A stretch of DNA of 64,000 nt from an uncultured bacterium (lineage in GTDB: Bacteria > Omnitrophota > Gorgyraeia > Duberdicusellales > CBEUCJ01). Location of the stretch: the NCBI GenBank assembly GCA_965541615.1, contig CBEUCJ010000002.1:159795-223794 (forward strand), written 5' to 3'. Position numbers and translations under genes: made by a program. The notes under the pieces were generated by a model that was given only the letters and a program-made list of their open reading frames with translations, had not been told where the DNA came from and ran no database searches. Shown one piece after another: positions 12,408 to 22,583 of the stretch; the stretch's first letter is position 1; each line of letters begins with the position of its first letter.

Positions 12408-13330
12408 ATGAAAAAATTAGAATTCTTTATAAAATTTATCAAAAATGTGAGCTTTGTCCTAGGAGATGCAGAGTAAATAGATTAAAGAATCAAAAAGGCT
12501 TTTGTAGAGCACCTTCACAGATAAAACTGTATTCTTATTTTCCTCACAAAGGAGAAGAACCACCAATCTCTGGTAAAAATGGCTCAGGAATAGTATTTTT
12601 CTCTCATTGCAATTTAAGATGTGTTTATTGTCAAAATTATAAGTTTTCTCATTTAGAAGAAGGACAAATTTTAAGTCCTCAAAAATTATCTGATATTTTT
12701 TTAGAATTGCAAGATTTAAGTGTGCATAATATAAATTTAGTTACAGCGACTCAATTTTTACCTCCTATTTTAGAAGCTATAAAGATCAGCAAGTCAAAGG
12801 GATTAAATCTTCCTATAGTTTATAACACAAGTGGTTATGAGAACCCTGAGATTATAGAAATTTTAGAAAATGTTGTAGATATTTATTTAGCAGATTTTAG
12901 ATATTTAAATCCTGTTTATTCTTTAAAATTTTCAAATTCATCAGATTATCCTCAAGTAGTCTTAAAAGCTTTAAAGAAAATGTATGAAAAGACAGGAGAT
13001 CTTTTGTATGAAGATGGGATACTAAAAAAAGGATTAATAATTAGAGTTCTGGTTTTGCCTTCACTTTTAAAAGAAGCCAAAAATATTTTAATAAAAATTA
13101 AAGAAATTTTTGGAGGCAAAAAAATAGGAGTAAGTCTCTTAACACAATTTTATCCTTTTTATAAAGCCAAAGATTTTACTGAAATTAATAGGAGATTAAC
13201 TAATTCAGAAGTAGAAGAAATTATAGATTTCTTTTTGTCTCTTAAATTTTATGAGGGGTGGTTCCAAATAGATAGAGGAGAAGATAAATTCAGTGGAGAA
13301 AGATTTAAACAAAGAGTTTATAAAAAATAG
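12392..13330 (+). CDS. pflX: PflX-like radical SAM protein
   Basis: CELCPRRCRVNR, GEEPPISG, CNLRCVYCQN, HNINLVT, YNTSGYE. Confidence 0.88.
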   Translation: MQEDLDEKIRILYKIYQKCELCPRRCRVNRLKNQKGFCRAPSQIKLYSYFPHKGEEPPISGKNGSGIVFFSHCNLRCVYCQNYKFSHLEEGQILSPQKLSDIFLELQDLSVHNINLVTATQFLPPILEAIKISKSKGLNLPIVYNTSGYENPEIIEILENVVDIYLADFRYLNPVYSLKFSNSSDYPQVVLKALKKMYEKTGDLLYEDGILKKGLIIRVLVLPSLLKEAKNILIKIKEIFGGKKIGVSLLTQFYPFYKAKDFTEINRRLTNSEVEEIIDFFLSLKFYEGWFQIDRGEDKFSGERFKQRVYKK

Positions 13331-13348
13331 AATAGATAAAAAATTTTA

Positions 13349-13570
13349 TTATTTTGCTCCTAACAAAATTGAATTTTTTGTAAAGAAAATTCCTACAATA
13401 CAAGCTGTCAATAAACAAGCTAAAGTAGCAGCTAAAGACACTTTAAAACTAACTTCTGTTAAATCTTGAGTTCTTTTAGGTACCAAACTTGAAATTCCTC
13501 CTACAAAGATAGCAATAGACGCTAAATGCGTAAATCCACATAAAGCATAGGTAGCAATTACTGCTAATCT
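13349..13570 (-). pseudogene. C-terminal remnant of a NupC/CNT nucleoside transporter
   Basis: Manual translation RLAVIATYALCGFTHLASIAIFVGGISSLVPKRTQDL...LAATLACLLTACIVGIF* matches the CNT C-terminus (ATYALCGFAN...); no start codon and no upstream body. Confidence 0.8.
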
Positions 13571-13740
13571 TATACAAACCTTAGAACAAAGAGTTCATTT
13601 TGAACCAAATCTCAAAAAGTATTGAAAAGATTTGATTGTTTTAATTTCTTCTTTACATAAAAGTTAACATAAGATATATTATCGGAACTAATATATTTTA
13701 TACACTGAGCCACCTCACATCTAAATCGAATTATCTAGTT

Positions 13741-14856
13741 TTAAAAGGTTCTTTCAAATTGGTTTTTTTGAGAAACTTTGATTTGCTTTTTATATTTTTG
13801 TTTTTCCCAATTAAGGATACACTTTTTGTAAATTTTAAAAGCTTTTTTTCTTGAAAAATCCCATCTAACTAATCCAAAAAAATCTACTCCTGTGTTGAAA
13901 TGTTCTTTGCAATCCCTGAAAAATGCCCAGAATACCTTATCTACAAATTCAAGCTTAGGAATTTCGGTAAAAACTTTCTTTAAAAATTCTGCTTGTTCAG
14001 CTTCTGTAGGGCTCTTTCCAAACCACCAGGCATTTTCTTTAGAAGGTTTTTTAACTCCAGGACATCCAATTTCAGTAATCCATATTTTCTTTTCTTTGTC
14101 GCCAAATTTTTCCATCAATTTTTTTATATTTTTACATAAAATTTTAATTCTTTTTATACAATCTTTCTCTAAAGGATTTACAAAGGGATGAATATTCACA
14201 ATGTCAAAATAATCTTTTCCTCCCATCTCATATATTCTTTTTAAAGCGTAATATCCTTCAGGAGTCAAACCTCCTAATAAAATTTTTGCTGAAGGATCTA
14301 TTTCTTTTATAGCTTTGTAAGTTTTTTTAAGAAGCTTTAAATAGGTTTTCATCTCATCTTGAGGCTGCCAGTAAATTCTTGAATCTGGTTCATTCCAAAT
14401 TTCCCAATATTTTATTTTCTCTTTATACCTTTGGACGACTTTTCTTGCAAAATTAACGAAATCATCTAAATTATCTGGTGGACTATTCCAAGATTTTCCT
14501 GCCCAATCAGCACAGTAATCCAAAATTGCTAAAATTTTTATATTGTTTTCAGAAATAAGTTTTACTATATAGTCATATTTACTAAAATCAAACTTTCCTT
14601 TTTGAGGTTCTATATCTTGCCAGTAAAAATCTACACGCACAAAGCTTACTCCTAATTCTTTGAGGAGCTTAACTGCTTTTTTTAAATCTTTCTTTGGATA
14701 TTTGAAATTGTTCCAGGTATGATTCCAGGACAAAAATGCTAAAACCCCAAAAGGATTATCTTCTCTATCTCTCCCTCTTACATTTGATGAACTGTTAGAT
14801 AAACAAAAAGAAGATATCTGCAAACATAAACATAAGAACATTAAAAATCTACTCAT
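13741..14856 (-). CDS. secreted clan GH-A glycoside hydrolase (GH39/GH5-like)
   Basis: N-terminal hydrophobic signal; WEIWNEPD acid/base and WITEIG nucleophile motifs. Confidence 0.85.
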   Translation of the reverse strand: MSRFLMFLCLCLQISSFCLSNSSSNVRGRDREDNPFGVLAFLSWNHTWNNFKYPKKDLKKAVKLLKELGVSFVRVDFYWQDIEPQKGKFDFSKYDYIVKLISENNIKILAILDYCADWAGKSWNSPPDNLDDFVNFARKVVQRYKEKIKYWEIWNEPDSRIYWQPQDEMKTYLKLLKKTYKAIKEIDPSAKILLGGLTPEGYYALKRIYEMGGKDYFDIVNIHPFVNPLEKDCIKRIKILCKNIKKLMEKFGDKEKKIWITEIGCPGVKKPSKENAWWFGKSPTEAEQAEFLKKVFTEIPKLEFVDKVFWAFFRDCKEHFNTGVDFFGLVRWDFSRKKAFKIYKKCILNWEKQKYKKQIKVSQKNQFERTF

Positions 14857-14897
14857 TTGTGAAATTTTTCACAATTTCAAAAAGATAAAAATAAGCT

Positions 14898-15062
14898 TTA
14901 AATTACATCTTCCTTTTTAAATTTCTTCCCACAATTAGGACATTCAACTTCATCATCTAAAAATAAACTGCAGGGAACTTCTGTTCCACAATAAGGACAT
15001 ATTACAACATCTCCTCCCACTGTAAAATCATATTCTAAAAATTCATCAAATAAATCATCCAT
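14898..15062 (-). CDS. 54-aa acidic zinc-ribbon protein
   Basis: MDDLFDEFLEYDFTVGGDVVICPYCGTEVPCSLFLDDEVECPNCGKKFKKEDVI; two CPxCG knuckles; below the ORF-track cutoff. Confidence 0.7.
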   Translation of the reverse strand: MDDLFDEFLEYDFTVGGDVVICPYCGTEVPCSLFLDDEVECPNCGKKFKKEDVI

Positions 15063-15137
15063 TTTTAAGATAGCTGGAGAATCTAAGTTTAAGCCTGTAT
15101 TATCCTTTAAAACCCAAAATAGTCTTTTATCAGCAAC

Positions 15138-15349
15138 TTACCTTGAAATTTTATCTAGATAAAGCAATATATCTTGAATAAAAGATTCCAAAATCAGAAA
15201 ATGGAAGTTTGAATAAAATATTTAGCAGCAGCTAAATCACGTAAATTGCAAGATAAATTTTTTAGTGTTAGGCTTTTCATCTTTTCTAATTCAGAAAGAT
15301 TCTCTTTAATAATAGCAACCTTATTTTTTATTTTCTCTTTATCGATCAT
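15138..15349 (-). pseudogene. HepT/DUF86 HEPN toxin relic with internal deletion
   Basis: MIDKEKIKNKVAIIKENLSELEKM...AAAKYFIQTSI joined out of frame to a ...ESFIQDILLYLDKISR* tail; the RNxxxHxY core is missing; ATGA-coupled to the upstream MNT relic. Confidence 0.7.
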
Positions 15350-15543
15350 TTTAAATAATTCTCTCTTAAAGCAGAAAAATATTCAGCATTAAATTCTCTA
15401 AGACGGGGTAAAGAATCATAATCACTTTTTGGATAAGTTGAACCTTGAACAAAAGACCCAAAAACATAGGGAGAAATAATTTTTGATTCTTGAGAAAATA
15501 CAGAAGTTAATTTACTTTTAAGCTCAGAGATTAAATTATTCAT
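15346..15543 (-). pseudogene. minimal nucleotidyltransferase (MntA-type antitoxin) relic
   Basis: YVFGSFVQGSTYPKSDYD (GS-x10-DxD) followed directly by the C-terminal helix; the central part is deleted. Confidence 0.7.
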
Positions 15544-15634
15544 TGCAATAAATATATCATAATTCAAATTAACCTGCAATGATATTATTCTAAAGGAAAA
15601 GTAGTTGAGCATGCATATCTAACTATTTCTACAG

Positions 15635-16288
15635 TCATTTTTTCATTTCCACCCAGAGACCTGCACGATCATAACTTATACGAAAATTTGATATACCTGC
15701 CTTATTTACCACCTCTTGTAATTTATCAGGTGAACTGTAGGCTTTGGCATCATCACCCAGAGAGCGATCTCTTAAAGATTTCATACGCTTATATTCTTCA
15801 TCAGTAACATATCGCCCAAAGCCTCCACCAACAAGGGCAATACCACCTTTCTTTAAAATTCTATAAATTTCTTTAAACACCTGCACCTTATCTTTCCAGC
15901 AATGATATGAACCTCTACTGATTATGAAATCAGCAAATTCATTCTCAAAAGGCATCTTGTGTGCATCACCCAGAACAGGAATTATTCTATCTGTCAAGCC
16001 TTCTCTTTCAATGTTCATGCGTGCAACTTCGTATATTGCTCTTTCCTTCTCCAGTGCAAAAATCTTTAATTTGGAATGCTTACATAACTCAATTGCAAAA
16101 ACAGCTGTCCCACAACCAACATCCACGCATACACCTTCTAAAACACCATAATCCTCAATAATTTGCTTAACAGTAGAGACAATTGCTGGCATAAAATTTT
16201 CTTTGACCATTTTATCAAAACGCTTCGCCTCTAAAAGGTCCATCTCAGTGTAATCAGCAGGAACACGTTCTTCAGACATAATCTTCAT
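15635..16288 (-). CDS. class I SAM-dependent methyltransferase
   Basis: VDVGCGTA, GDAHKMPFENEFADFIISRGS, EIYRILKKGG. Confidence 0.92.
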   Translation of the reverse strand: MKIMSEERVPADYTEMDLLEAKRFDKMVKENFMPAIVSTVKQIIEDYGVLEGVCVDVGCGTAVFAIELCKHSKLKIFALEKERAIYEVARMNIEREGLTDRIIPVLGDAHKMPFENEFADFIISRGSYHCWKDKVQVFKEIYRILKKGGIALVGGGFGRYVTDEEYKRMKSLRDRSLGDDAKAYSSPDKLQEVVNKAGISNFRISYDRAGLWVEMKK

Positions 16289-16318
16289 CCCTCCTTTTTA
16301 ATTTTTTAAGGATAGTAA

Positions 16319-16681
16319 TTATTCTTTCTCCTTAAGCATCTGTAGTTTCTCTAATGTTTTCTCAATAACAATTTTTTCTTTATTGAAATACTTTATCATT
16401 CTTTCAAGACATTTTTGCCTTTCTTTTGGATCACCAAGATACATAGCACAAGCATCCATAAACTTTTTTGTTTTTCTCACATTCTCTTCTACTTCTTCAT
16501 CTATCTTTTCACTGTCATGTCTTACTGCACCTTTAGGACACACATTGTGACAGACTCCACAACGAATACAGTTGCTCATATTTATTACTGCCACGCCTTC
16601 CTCTAAAGAAATAGCTCCAACAGGACACTTCTCAACACATACACCACATCCAACACAATCTTCCTTTTTTATCCATGGCAT
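16319..16681 (-). CDS. 2x[4Fe-4S] ferredoxin-domain protein with helical C-terminal extension
   Basis: CVGCGVCVEKCP and CIRCGVCHNVCP. Confidence 0.9.
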   Translation of the reverse strand: MPWIKKEDCVGCGVCVEKCPVGAISLEEGVAVINMSNCIRCGVCHNVCPKGAVRHDSEKIDEEVEENVRKTKKFMDACAMYLGDPKERQKCLERMIKYFNKEKIVIEKTLEKLQMLKEKE

Positions 16682-16946
16682 TTAATCCACCTCCTCTCAC
16701 TTTTAATTTTTTATTTTATCAGTAATATTTCACCTAACTCCTTTTATATCTCAACGATTCAAATACAGACCAATTTTTTCTTCAATCAATATTATATAAC
16801 AAAATCTATATCAAGAGAAAATGGAAAGCTAATTTGGTAGAAAAGCAAAGGTACATGGTATACAGTTAGAACCTTCTCTTATTTTTGGTAAGGAATTTTG
16901 AAAAATTAAAAAGTGCCTCGTGGATTGATTTATTATTTGTTTTCCA

Positions 16947-18758
16947 TCAAAATTTAGGGAACGCAAGGGTTACAGGAAAAAGTTCTCTTACTGAATTGCA
17001 GATAAAGATTTTGTCTGCTTTCAGAAGGTCTTGGAAGAATAAAGATTTTTCAATAACCTTTTTACAGTTTGCTTTAATGAAATATCTTCTATATATTCCA
17101 TCTAAAAGTCCTGCACTTACAGGAGGGGTAAAATAAATACCATCTTTTAATATAAAAATATTAGAAATTGCTCCTTCTGTAATCTCTCCTTTTTTATTTG
17201 TAAATATTACCTCACAAAATCCATTATTTAAAGCTTTCCTGTATTCAGAATCATAAAGATTTCTGTTTGTGGTTTTATGGTAAAGAAATACGTTATGAGG
17301 ATCAGTCTTTGCTTTAGAAAGTATAATCTTATTTTTGCCTTTAAATTTAAGATTTTTTAAAATTTGCCATTCAACTTCTACTTTCCCTTTTTTATCCAGA
17401 AATAACTTTACCTTATAAAACTTTTTATCATTTAATTTCTTTTCCACCTCTTTCAGAATCTGTCTGATCTTTAAAGTGTCAAAATTAAAACCAAAATATT
17501 CTGCTGAATTTTTTAATCTTTTTAAATGCTCTTCTAAAAATACATAGCCTTTGTTATAAAGAATACTCTCAAATAATCTGAATTCTTTGTGTCTCTTAAT
17601 TAAAAAATTAGCTTTAAGTTTACATTCTTCATATTCTGATAAAGCCTTGGAGCTGATAACTACTCCTCCTCCAGCTCCCATCTCTCCTCTATCTTTATTT
17701 ATAATCACCGTCCTTATAGGCACATTGAATACACATTTTTTTAAATCTTTTGAAGGAAATATTATCCCCACTGCTCCGCAGTATACTTTTCTGGGAAAAT
17801 CTTCTAATTCGTTTATTATCTCCATACTTCTTATTTTTGGAGCTCCAGTAATTGAACCACAAGGAAAAAGACTTCTGAAAATATCTAAATAGGTAATATT
17901 CTCCTTTAAAATTCCCTCTATTGTGGAAGTCATCTGAAAAAGAGTCTCATACTTTTCTACTTCAAATAATTTAGTAACTTTTACAGAACCTTCTTTACAG
18001 ATTCTGCCTAAATCATTCCTTACTAAATCTGTAATCATCACATTTTCTGCTCTATTTTTTATACTTTTAAATAAATTTTTAGCTTTTATTTTATCTTCAT
18101 AAATATTTCTTCCTCTTTTAGCAGTTCCTTTCATAGGTTTACATATGATTCTGTCTTTTTCTATTCTAAAAAATAATTCTGGTGAAATTGATAAAATATA
18201 TTCATTGTTAAATTTTAAAAATGCTGTGTAAGGAGTTTTCTGTTTTTCTTTTAAATTCTGATAAAACCTAAATGCAGAACCTTCAAAATCAAATTTGTAC
18301 CTTAAAGTGTAATTCAGCTGATAAATATCACCTTCTCTTAAATATTCTTTAATCCTTTTAATCTTTTCTTTATATTCTGAAAAATTCTCACTTAAATTAA
18401 GACTTTTAATCTTATACTTTTTTTCTTCTTTCAGAAACTTTTTATAACAATTTTGAATCTCTTTTTCAAATGCAGGAAAAATTTTTGCTTTTTCAAAGAC
18501 ACCTAACTTTACCAGAGAAAATGGAAAGATTCTGGGAAAATTAGTCTTTAATCCTTCCTGAAGATAAAAACCTGCTTCATAAGAAATATATCCTGCCAGA
18601 TAATATCTTTTAGATAACTTCTCTATTCTTTTAAAAATTTCCTCTAAAGAATCTAATCTTTTCGTCTCTATAATCTCTACAGGGTCATAAAAAACAAAGT
18701 TATTAGAATCCAAATCTGTGGTTTTTAAAGTTTCAAATAGTAAAAAACAATTTCTCAT
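16947..18758 (-). CDS. pabB: fused aminodeoxychorismate synthase component I / aminotransferase class IV (ADC lyase)
   Basis: SPELFF, PMKGT, AENVMITDLVRNDLGR, FPCGSITGAPKIRSM; C-terminal HKTTNR, EGAISNIF, GLLDGIYR. Confidence 0.93.
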   Translation of the reverse strand: MRNCFLLFETLKTTDLDSNNFVFYDPVEIIETKRLDSLEEIFKRIEKLSKRYYLAGYISYEAGFYLQEGLKTNFPRIFPFSLVKLGVFEKAKIFPAFEKEIQNCYKKFLKEEKKYKIKSLNLSENFSEYKEKIKRIKEYLREGDIYQLNYTLRYKFDFEGSAFRFYQNLKEKQKTPYTAFLKFNNEYILSISPELFFRIEKDRIICKPMKGTAKRGRNIYEDKIKAKNLFKSIKNRAENVMITDLVRNDLGRICKEGSVKVTKLFEVEKYETLFQMTSTIEGILKENITYLDIFRSLFPCGSITGAPKIRSMEIINELEDFPRKVYCGAVGIIFPSKDLKKCVFNVPIRTVIINKDRGEMGAGGGVVISSKALSEYEECKLKANFLIKRHKEFRLFESILYNKGYVFLEEHLKRLKNSAEYFGFNFDTLKIRQILKEVEKKLNDKKFYKVKLFLDKKGKVEVEWQILKNLKFKGKNKIILSKAKTDPHNVFLYHKTTNRNLYDSEYRKALNNGFCEVIFTNKKGEITEGAISNIFILKDGIYFTPPVSAGLLDGIYRRYFIKANCKKVIEKSLFFQDLLKADKIFICNSVRELFPVTLAFPKF

Positions 18759-18788
18759 TTTATATTATTTTAGCACAAAACAAAAAAT

Positions 18789-18821
18789 CCCCTCTCTGTT
18801 CTTGATAGAACCAGAGAGGGG
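18789..18821 (-). terminator. rho-independent terminator after the VIT-vWA gene
   Basis: CCCCTCTCTG...CAGAGAGGGG stem followed by a T-run on the - strand. Confidence 0.8.
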
Positions 18822-18838
18822 CACAAAAGATAGATTGA

Positions 18839-21115
18839 TTAAATGTATTCTAACTCTATCTCTATCTTGCCTGTAAAATCTTGAGGGAATTTTATTTTTC
18901 TTAAAACAGATTCAAGCTCCTCTTTTTTGTATCCTTTTCCTTGGTAAGCTTTTACTTCTATATTTATCAATTTTCCTCCTTCAATCTTTAAAACAAGAGT
19001 AATCTCTTTTAACCCCCATTTTTTAAATAATTCTCCCAAAGTCTTCTTTAGAGGTGATAATAATTTTTCTATCTTCTCCATTGAAAGCTTTTGAGTAAAT
19101 TTTCCTCCTTTTAAATAAACCTGACCCAATTCTTTTTTAGAAATAGCTTCCCATCTGTTTGTTGCTATCTCTTCTTTCTCAAAAGCAGGAGAAAATGCTT
19201 TCATAGTATACCTACCTAAAAAACCACAACCTTCTACTCCTTTCTTTCCCACAGCATAATCACTTACACCTTCAGGCAAAGGCAAAGGTTGTTTTACAGT
19301 AACTACCTCTCCTGTTTCTCTTCTGATTGTATCAATGGCAATAAAAGAGGTAAATTCTGTCATAAGAGAGTATTTTAAGCCTAATTTGATTATTTCTTTT
19401 TTTGTATTAACACCTACTTTTCTATAATCAGATAATTGCGCTATTCTTTCTCTTGCCCATAAATATTTTAAAGCTATATTTTCTTTATCTTCTTTAAAAG
19501 AGCTTACATCTATTATCTTTACAAAATCTCCTTTAGGGGTCTTTCCTGTAATCTTAATCTTTCCTTTAGCAGTTTTATACTTTCCAAAAATAACTATTGG
19601 TTTCTCGTAAAATAGATCACTAACTTTAGAAGGCTCTACATCATAAGCAGAAAATCCTTCAAACTCTACTTTAATATCTGTAAGAACAGGTGCTTTTATA
19701 TATTCTAAAAACTTTTCTGCTTTTAATTTAGCTTCTTTTTCATCGGTTGCTATAAAAGGTACTCCTTTTCCCACTCTTGCTATTCCTTCTATTAAATACC
19801 TGTTTACACCTTTACCTATTCCAAAAGCAAAAAAGTTTGCTTTATCTAGATTCTCTCTGATTAAATCAAAGACTTCTTTTTCTACAGCTACATAACCATC
19901 TGTAGCTATGACTATTATTCTGGATAAACCTTCTTTTTTCTTTAAAGATAAAGCTCTTCTTAAAGCAGATAAAATCCTTGTTCCTCCACCTCCTCTTTGA
20001 GCTTCCAGCATACTGATAGCTTTTAGCTTATTCTCAAAAGTTGCAGGAAGAGGTTTTTCTGATAATACTTTTGAGCCTCCAGAAAAGAACAAAATATTAA
20101 AGTAATCTTTTTCTCTTAAATTGTTAATTATCTTTTTTATTAAAGCTTTAGAAACTTCTAAAGGAAATCCATACATAGAACCTGAAACATCAACGATAAA
20201 TAGATATTCTCTGGGAGGAATATCTGATAAAGTAATTTTTTGTGGAGGTTGAGCCATCAGAAGGAAAAATTTTTCTTCTTCTCCTGGATAGAGTAACAAA
20301 CCTGTCTGGATACTCTTTCCTTTCAAAACATATCTTAAAATAAAATCTTTATTACCTCCTTTTTTCTCTTCTTTTGCTAATCTGATTACTGCTTCATTTT
20401 CAGATTTAAAATCTATGTCTACTTTGTGGGAAATAACTTTTATTTTGCTTATAGGAAGACCTGCTTTAATGTTTACAGTAATATCAAAATTGTAGGAAGG
20501 TTCAACACCTTGGTGAAGATATGGACTTTCTATCCAATCATTTTTTTCTGTAGGACTAGTTATTTCTCCAGAGTATCTTGGTCCTACCACTGTGGGAAAT
20601 ACAAATTCATAGACTCCATCTTCAGGTATTAAAAGCTCTGTGTAATTTACTGTTACTTTTACAATATCTTTTGGCATAATATTTGCGACTTTCATCTGGA
20701 AAACATTTGGTCTTTGTTGCTCTAATAAAGAAACGACTCTTCCCTCTTTCTTTGCCTGGATATAGTGTCTTTGAGCTAATTCTCTTTCTTCAATTTTAGC
20801 TATTATGGTTCTATTTCCTATTTCCATCTTCATACCATGGATTGCACTCTTTGTGCTTAAAGGGAATACATAAATTGCTTCTATTGTCCTTTTCCCTTCA
20901 TTTTTGTATACTTGGGTAAGTTCTACATAAGCTATTACTCCACTGATATTTACTTTTACTTTTGTCTCTAATAAAGGAAATTGGTCTATAGAGGGGTCTG
21001 AATTTGGTATAAAAAAATAAGGTGAAGGTTTGGTGTGTTCTTCTGAAATTACATCTGAAAACCCTTTTAAAGAAAAAGAACTTAATAGAATTAAAAATAA
21101 AATTACTTTCTTCAT
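18839..21115 (-). CDS. secreted VIT (vault inter-alpha-trypsin) + von Willebrand A domain protein
   Basis: Signal peptide; EAIYVFPL and LLEQQRPNVF (VIT); MIDAS motif DVSGSM, TDG, FGIG. Confidence 0.92.
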   Translation of the reverse strand: MKKVILFLILLSSFSLKGFSDVISEEHTKPSPYFFIPNSDPSIDQFPLLETKVKVNISGVIAYVELTQVYKNEGKRTIEAIYVFPLSTKSAIHGMKMEIGNRTIIAKIEERELAQRHYIQAKKEGRVVSLLEQQRPNVFQMKVANIMPKDIVKVTVNYTELLIPEDGVYEFVFPTVVGPRYSGEITSPTEKNDWIESPYLHQGVEPSYNFDITVNIKAGLPISKIKVISHKVDIDFKSENEAVIRLAKEEKKGGNKDFILRYVLKGKSIQTGLLLYPGEEEKFFLLMAQPPQKITLSDIPPREYLFIVDVSGSMYGFPLEVSKALIKKIINNLREKDYFNILFFSGGSKVLSEKPLPATFENKLKAISMLEAQRGGGGTRILSALRRALSLKKKEGLSRIIVIATDGYVAVEKEVFDLIRENLDKANFFAFGIGKGVNRYLIEGIARVGKGVPFIATDEKEAKLKAEKFLEYIKAPVLTDIKVEFEGFSAYDVEPSKVSDLFYEKPIVIFGKYKTAKGKIKITGKTPKGDFVKIIDVSSFKEDKENIALKYLWARERIAQLSDYRKVGVNTKKEIIKLGLKYSLMTEFTSFIAIDTIRRETGEVVTVKQPLPLPEGVSDYAVGKKGVEGCGFLGRYTMKAFSPAFEKEEIATNRWEAISKKELGQVYLKGGKFTQKLSMEKIEKLLSPLKKTLGELFKKWGLKEITLVLKIEGGKLINIEVKAYQGKGYKKEELESVLRKIKFPQDFTGKIEIELEYI

Positions 21116-21142
21116 TTTTTCACCTCCTTTCCTTCCATTTAT

Positions 21143-21170
21143 TTAGACAAATATTTTCAAATTTTGTTCC
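21143..21170 (-). promoter_or_regulatory. ECF sigma promoter for the VIT-vWA gene
   Basis: - strand GGAAC-17 nt-GTCTAA; the same motif and spacing occur upstream of the ECF sigma gene. Confidence 0.75.
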
Positions 21171-21180
21171 AAAAAAATTT

Positions 21181-22005
21181 TTATTTTTGAGATTTTTTTA
21201 GCAAAATATGTAAAGAAAAAGGCTGGTCTAAAGGAACTTTTTGAGGTAAAGTAATTTTCCCTATTTTTGATTTTTTTAATTCTTCTATAAGAGATTTGAA
21301 TTTTTTATAGGAGAGTTTTACTGTTAATTCAAAAAAATCAGATTCCTCTGAAGAATAGATAATTTTTATATTAAGTTTTTGTAAAATTTCTTTTAAGTTT
21401 TTAAAAGCTTTTTTGATATCTTTGCTCTCAATATTTAAACTATACATTTTTGAAATCCTTTTAGAAAGAAATTGTTTATTTATTTCTTCCTTTTTTATTC
21501 CTTTGATCATCTTTCCTCCTATTGGAACTGTTTCTTTTTCTATTAAAATCTTTCCTTTTCTGCCTCCTTCCCAAGGAGCCTGATAAGTTAGTTTCTCTGA
21601 AAAGAATCTGTGTTTTTTAAAATCTTTTAATTTATATTCTTTTTCAGAAACAGTCTTTGAAAGATAATATATATTTACAGTTTTAAAGACTGCTATTACA
21701 AAAATAATCATAACACATACAGCTAAAGGCACTCTTATATTAGGATTTTTAAGCAATTCATTTAGGAATTTATTTAAAGCTTTTCTTCTTCTTATTCTTT
21801 CATGTAGGGTTTTTAAAAAATCTGGAGGGGTATCTTCTTTTTTTAAATTCTTTAATATCTCTAACATTTTAATGAGTTTATTTAATTCTTTTCTGCAGGC
21901 TTCACATTTAGATAAGTGTTCTTCTACCAAATTTAAGTTTTCTTTATCTAAAACTCCATCTATATATTCAGAAAAAAGTTCTCTTATTTTTCTGCAGTCT
22001 TTCAT
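21181..22005 (-). CDS. membrane-anchored zinc-finger (zf-HC2/ZAS) anti-sigma factor
   Basis: HLSKCEAC (HxxxCxxC), single TM segment, coupled to the ECF sigma gene. Confidence 0.9.
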   Translation of the reverse strand: MKDCRKIRELFSEYIDGVLDKENLNLVEEHLSKCEACRKELNKLIKMLEILKNLKKEDTPPDFLKTLHERIRRRKALNKFLNELLKNPNIRVPLAVCVMIIFVIAVFKTVNIYYLSKTVSEKEYKLKDFKKHRFFSEKLTYQAPWEGGRKGKILIEKETVPIGGKMIKGIKKEEINKQFLSKRISKMYSLNIESKDIKKAFKNLKEILQKLNIKIIYSSEESDFFELTVKLSYKKFKSLIEELKKSKIGKITLPQKVPLDQPFSLHILLKKSQK

Positions 22006-22583
22006 AAAATTTTCTCCAATTTTTCTTTTAAGATATTTCTTGCTCTATTTAATCTTGATTTTACTGTCCCTAAATCTATATTTAAGATTTTAGCTATCTC
22101 TTTATATTCTAAACCTTCGATATCTCTCAAAATAATAATCTCTTTATATTCAGGATTTAAAGAAAATAATGCTTTTATTACCAAAGATTGTTTTTCTTTT
22201 TCTTCCAAAACTTTCTTAGGATTGGGGCAAGAGCTTTCAAATTCTCTTTTTAATTTACCTTCAGCAGTCTCAAGAGGTTCATCTATAGAGAAATATTCTA
22301 ACTTCCTTCTTCTTAAAGCTTTCAATCTACTTCTGCAAGAGTTTAAGGTAATTTTATAAAGATATGTAGAAAATTTAGCTTCAAATCTGAAATTTTTCAA
22401 AGATTCATAAACTTTTAAGAATATATCTTGAGTAACTTCTAAAGCTTCATCATAATCACCTAACATTTTTAAACATACATTAAAGACCATCTGTTTATAT
22501 TTCAAAACTAGCTTATCAAAATATGCAATATCTCCTTCTAAAAACTTTCCAATAATTTCCTTATCCTCTATATTATTAGACAC
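22002..22583 (-). CDS. ECF (sigma-70 family) RNA polymerase sigma factor
   Basis: QDIFLKVY, FSTYLYKITLN, LEYKEIAKIL, GTVKSRLNRAR. Confidence 0.95.
   Translation of the reverse strand: MSNNIEDKEIIGKFLEGDIAYFDKLVLKYKQMVFNVCLKMLGDYDEALEVTQDIFLKVYESLKNFRFEAKFSTYLYKITLNSCRSRLKALRRRKLEYFSIDEPLETAEGKLKREFESSCPNPKKVLEEKEKQSLVIKALFSLNPEYKEIIILRDIEGLEYKEIAKILNIDLGTVKSRLNRARNILKEKLEKIL

Noticed and set aside
14898-15062. LysW amino-group carrier protein
   Set aside because: It lacks the C-terminal EDWGE motif and has no lys/arg biosynthesis neighbours.
15544-15612. N-terminal extension of the 15346-15612 ORF
   Set aside because: The MNT-like sequence starts at ATG 15543, and the extension overlaps its likely promoter.
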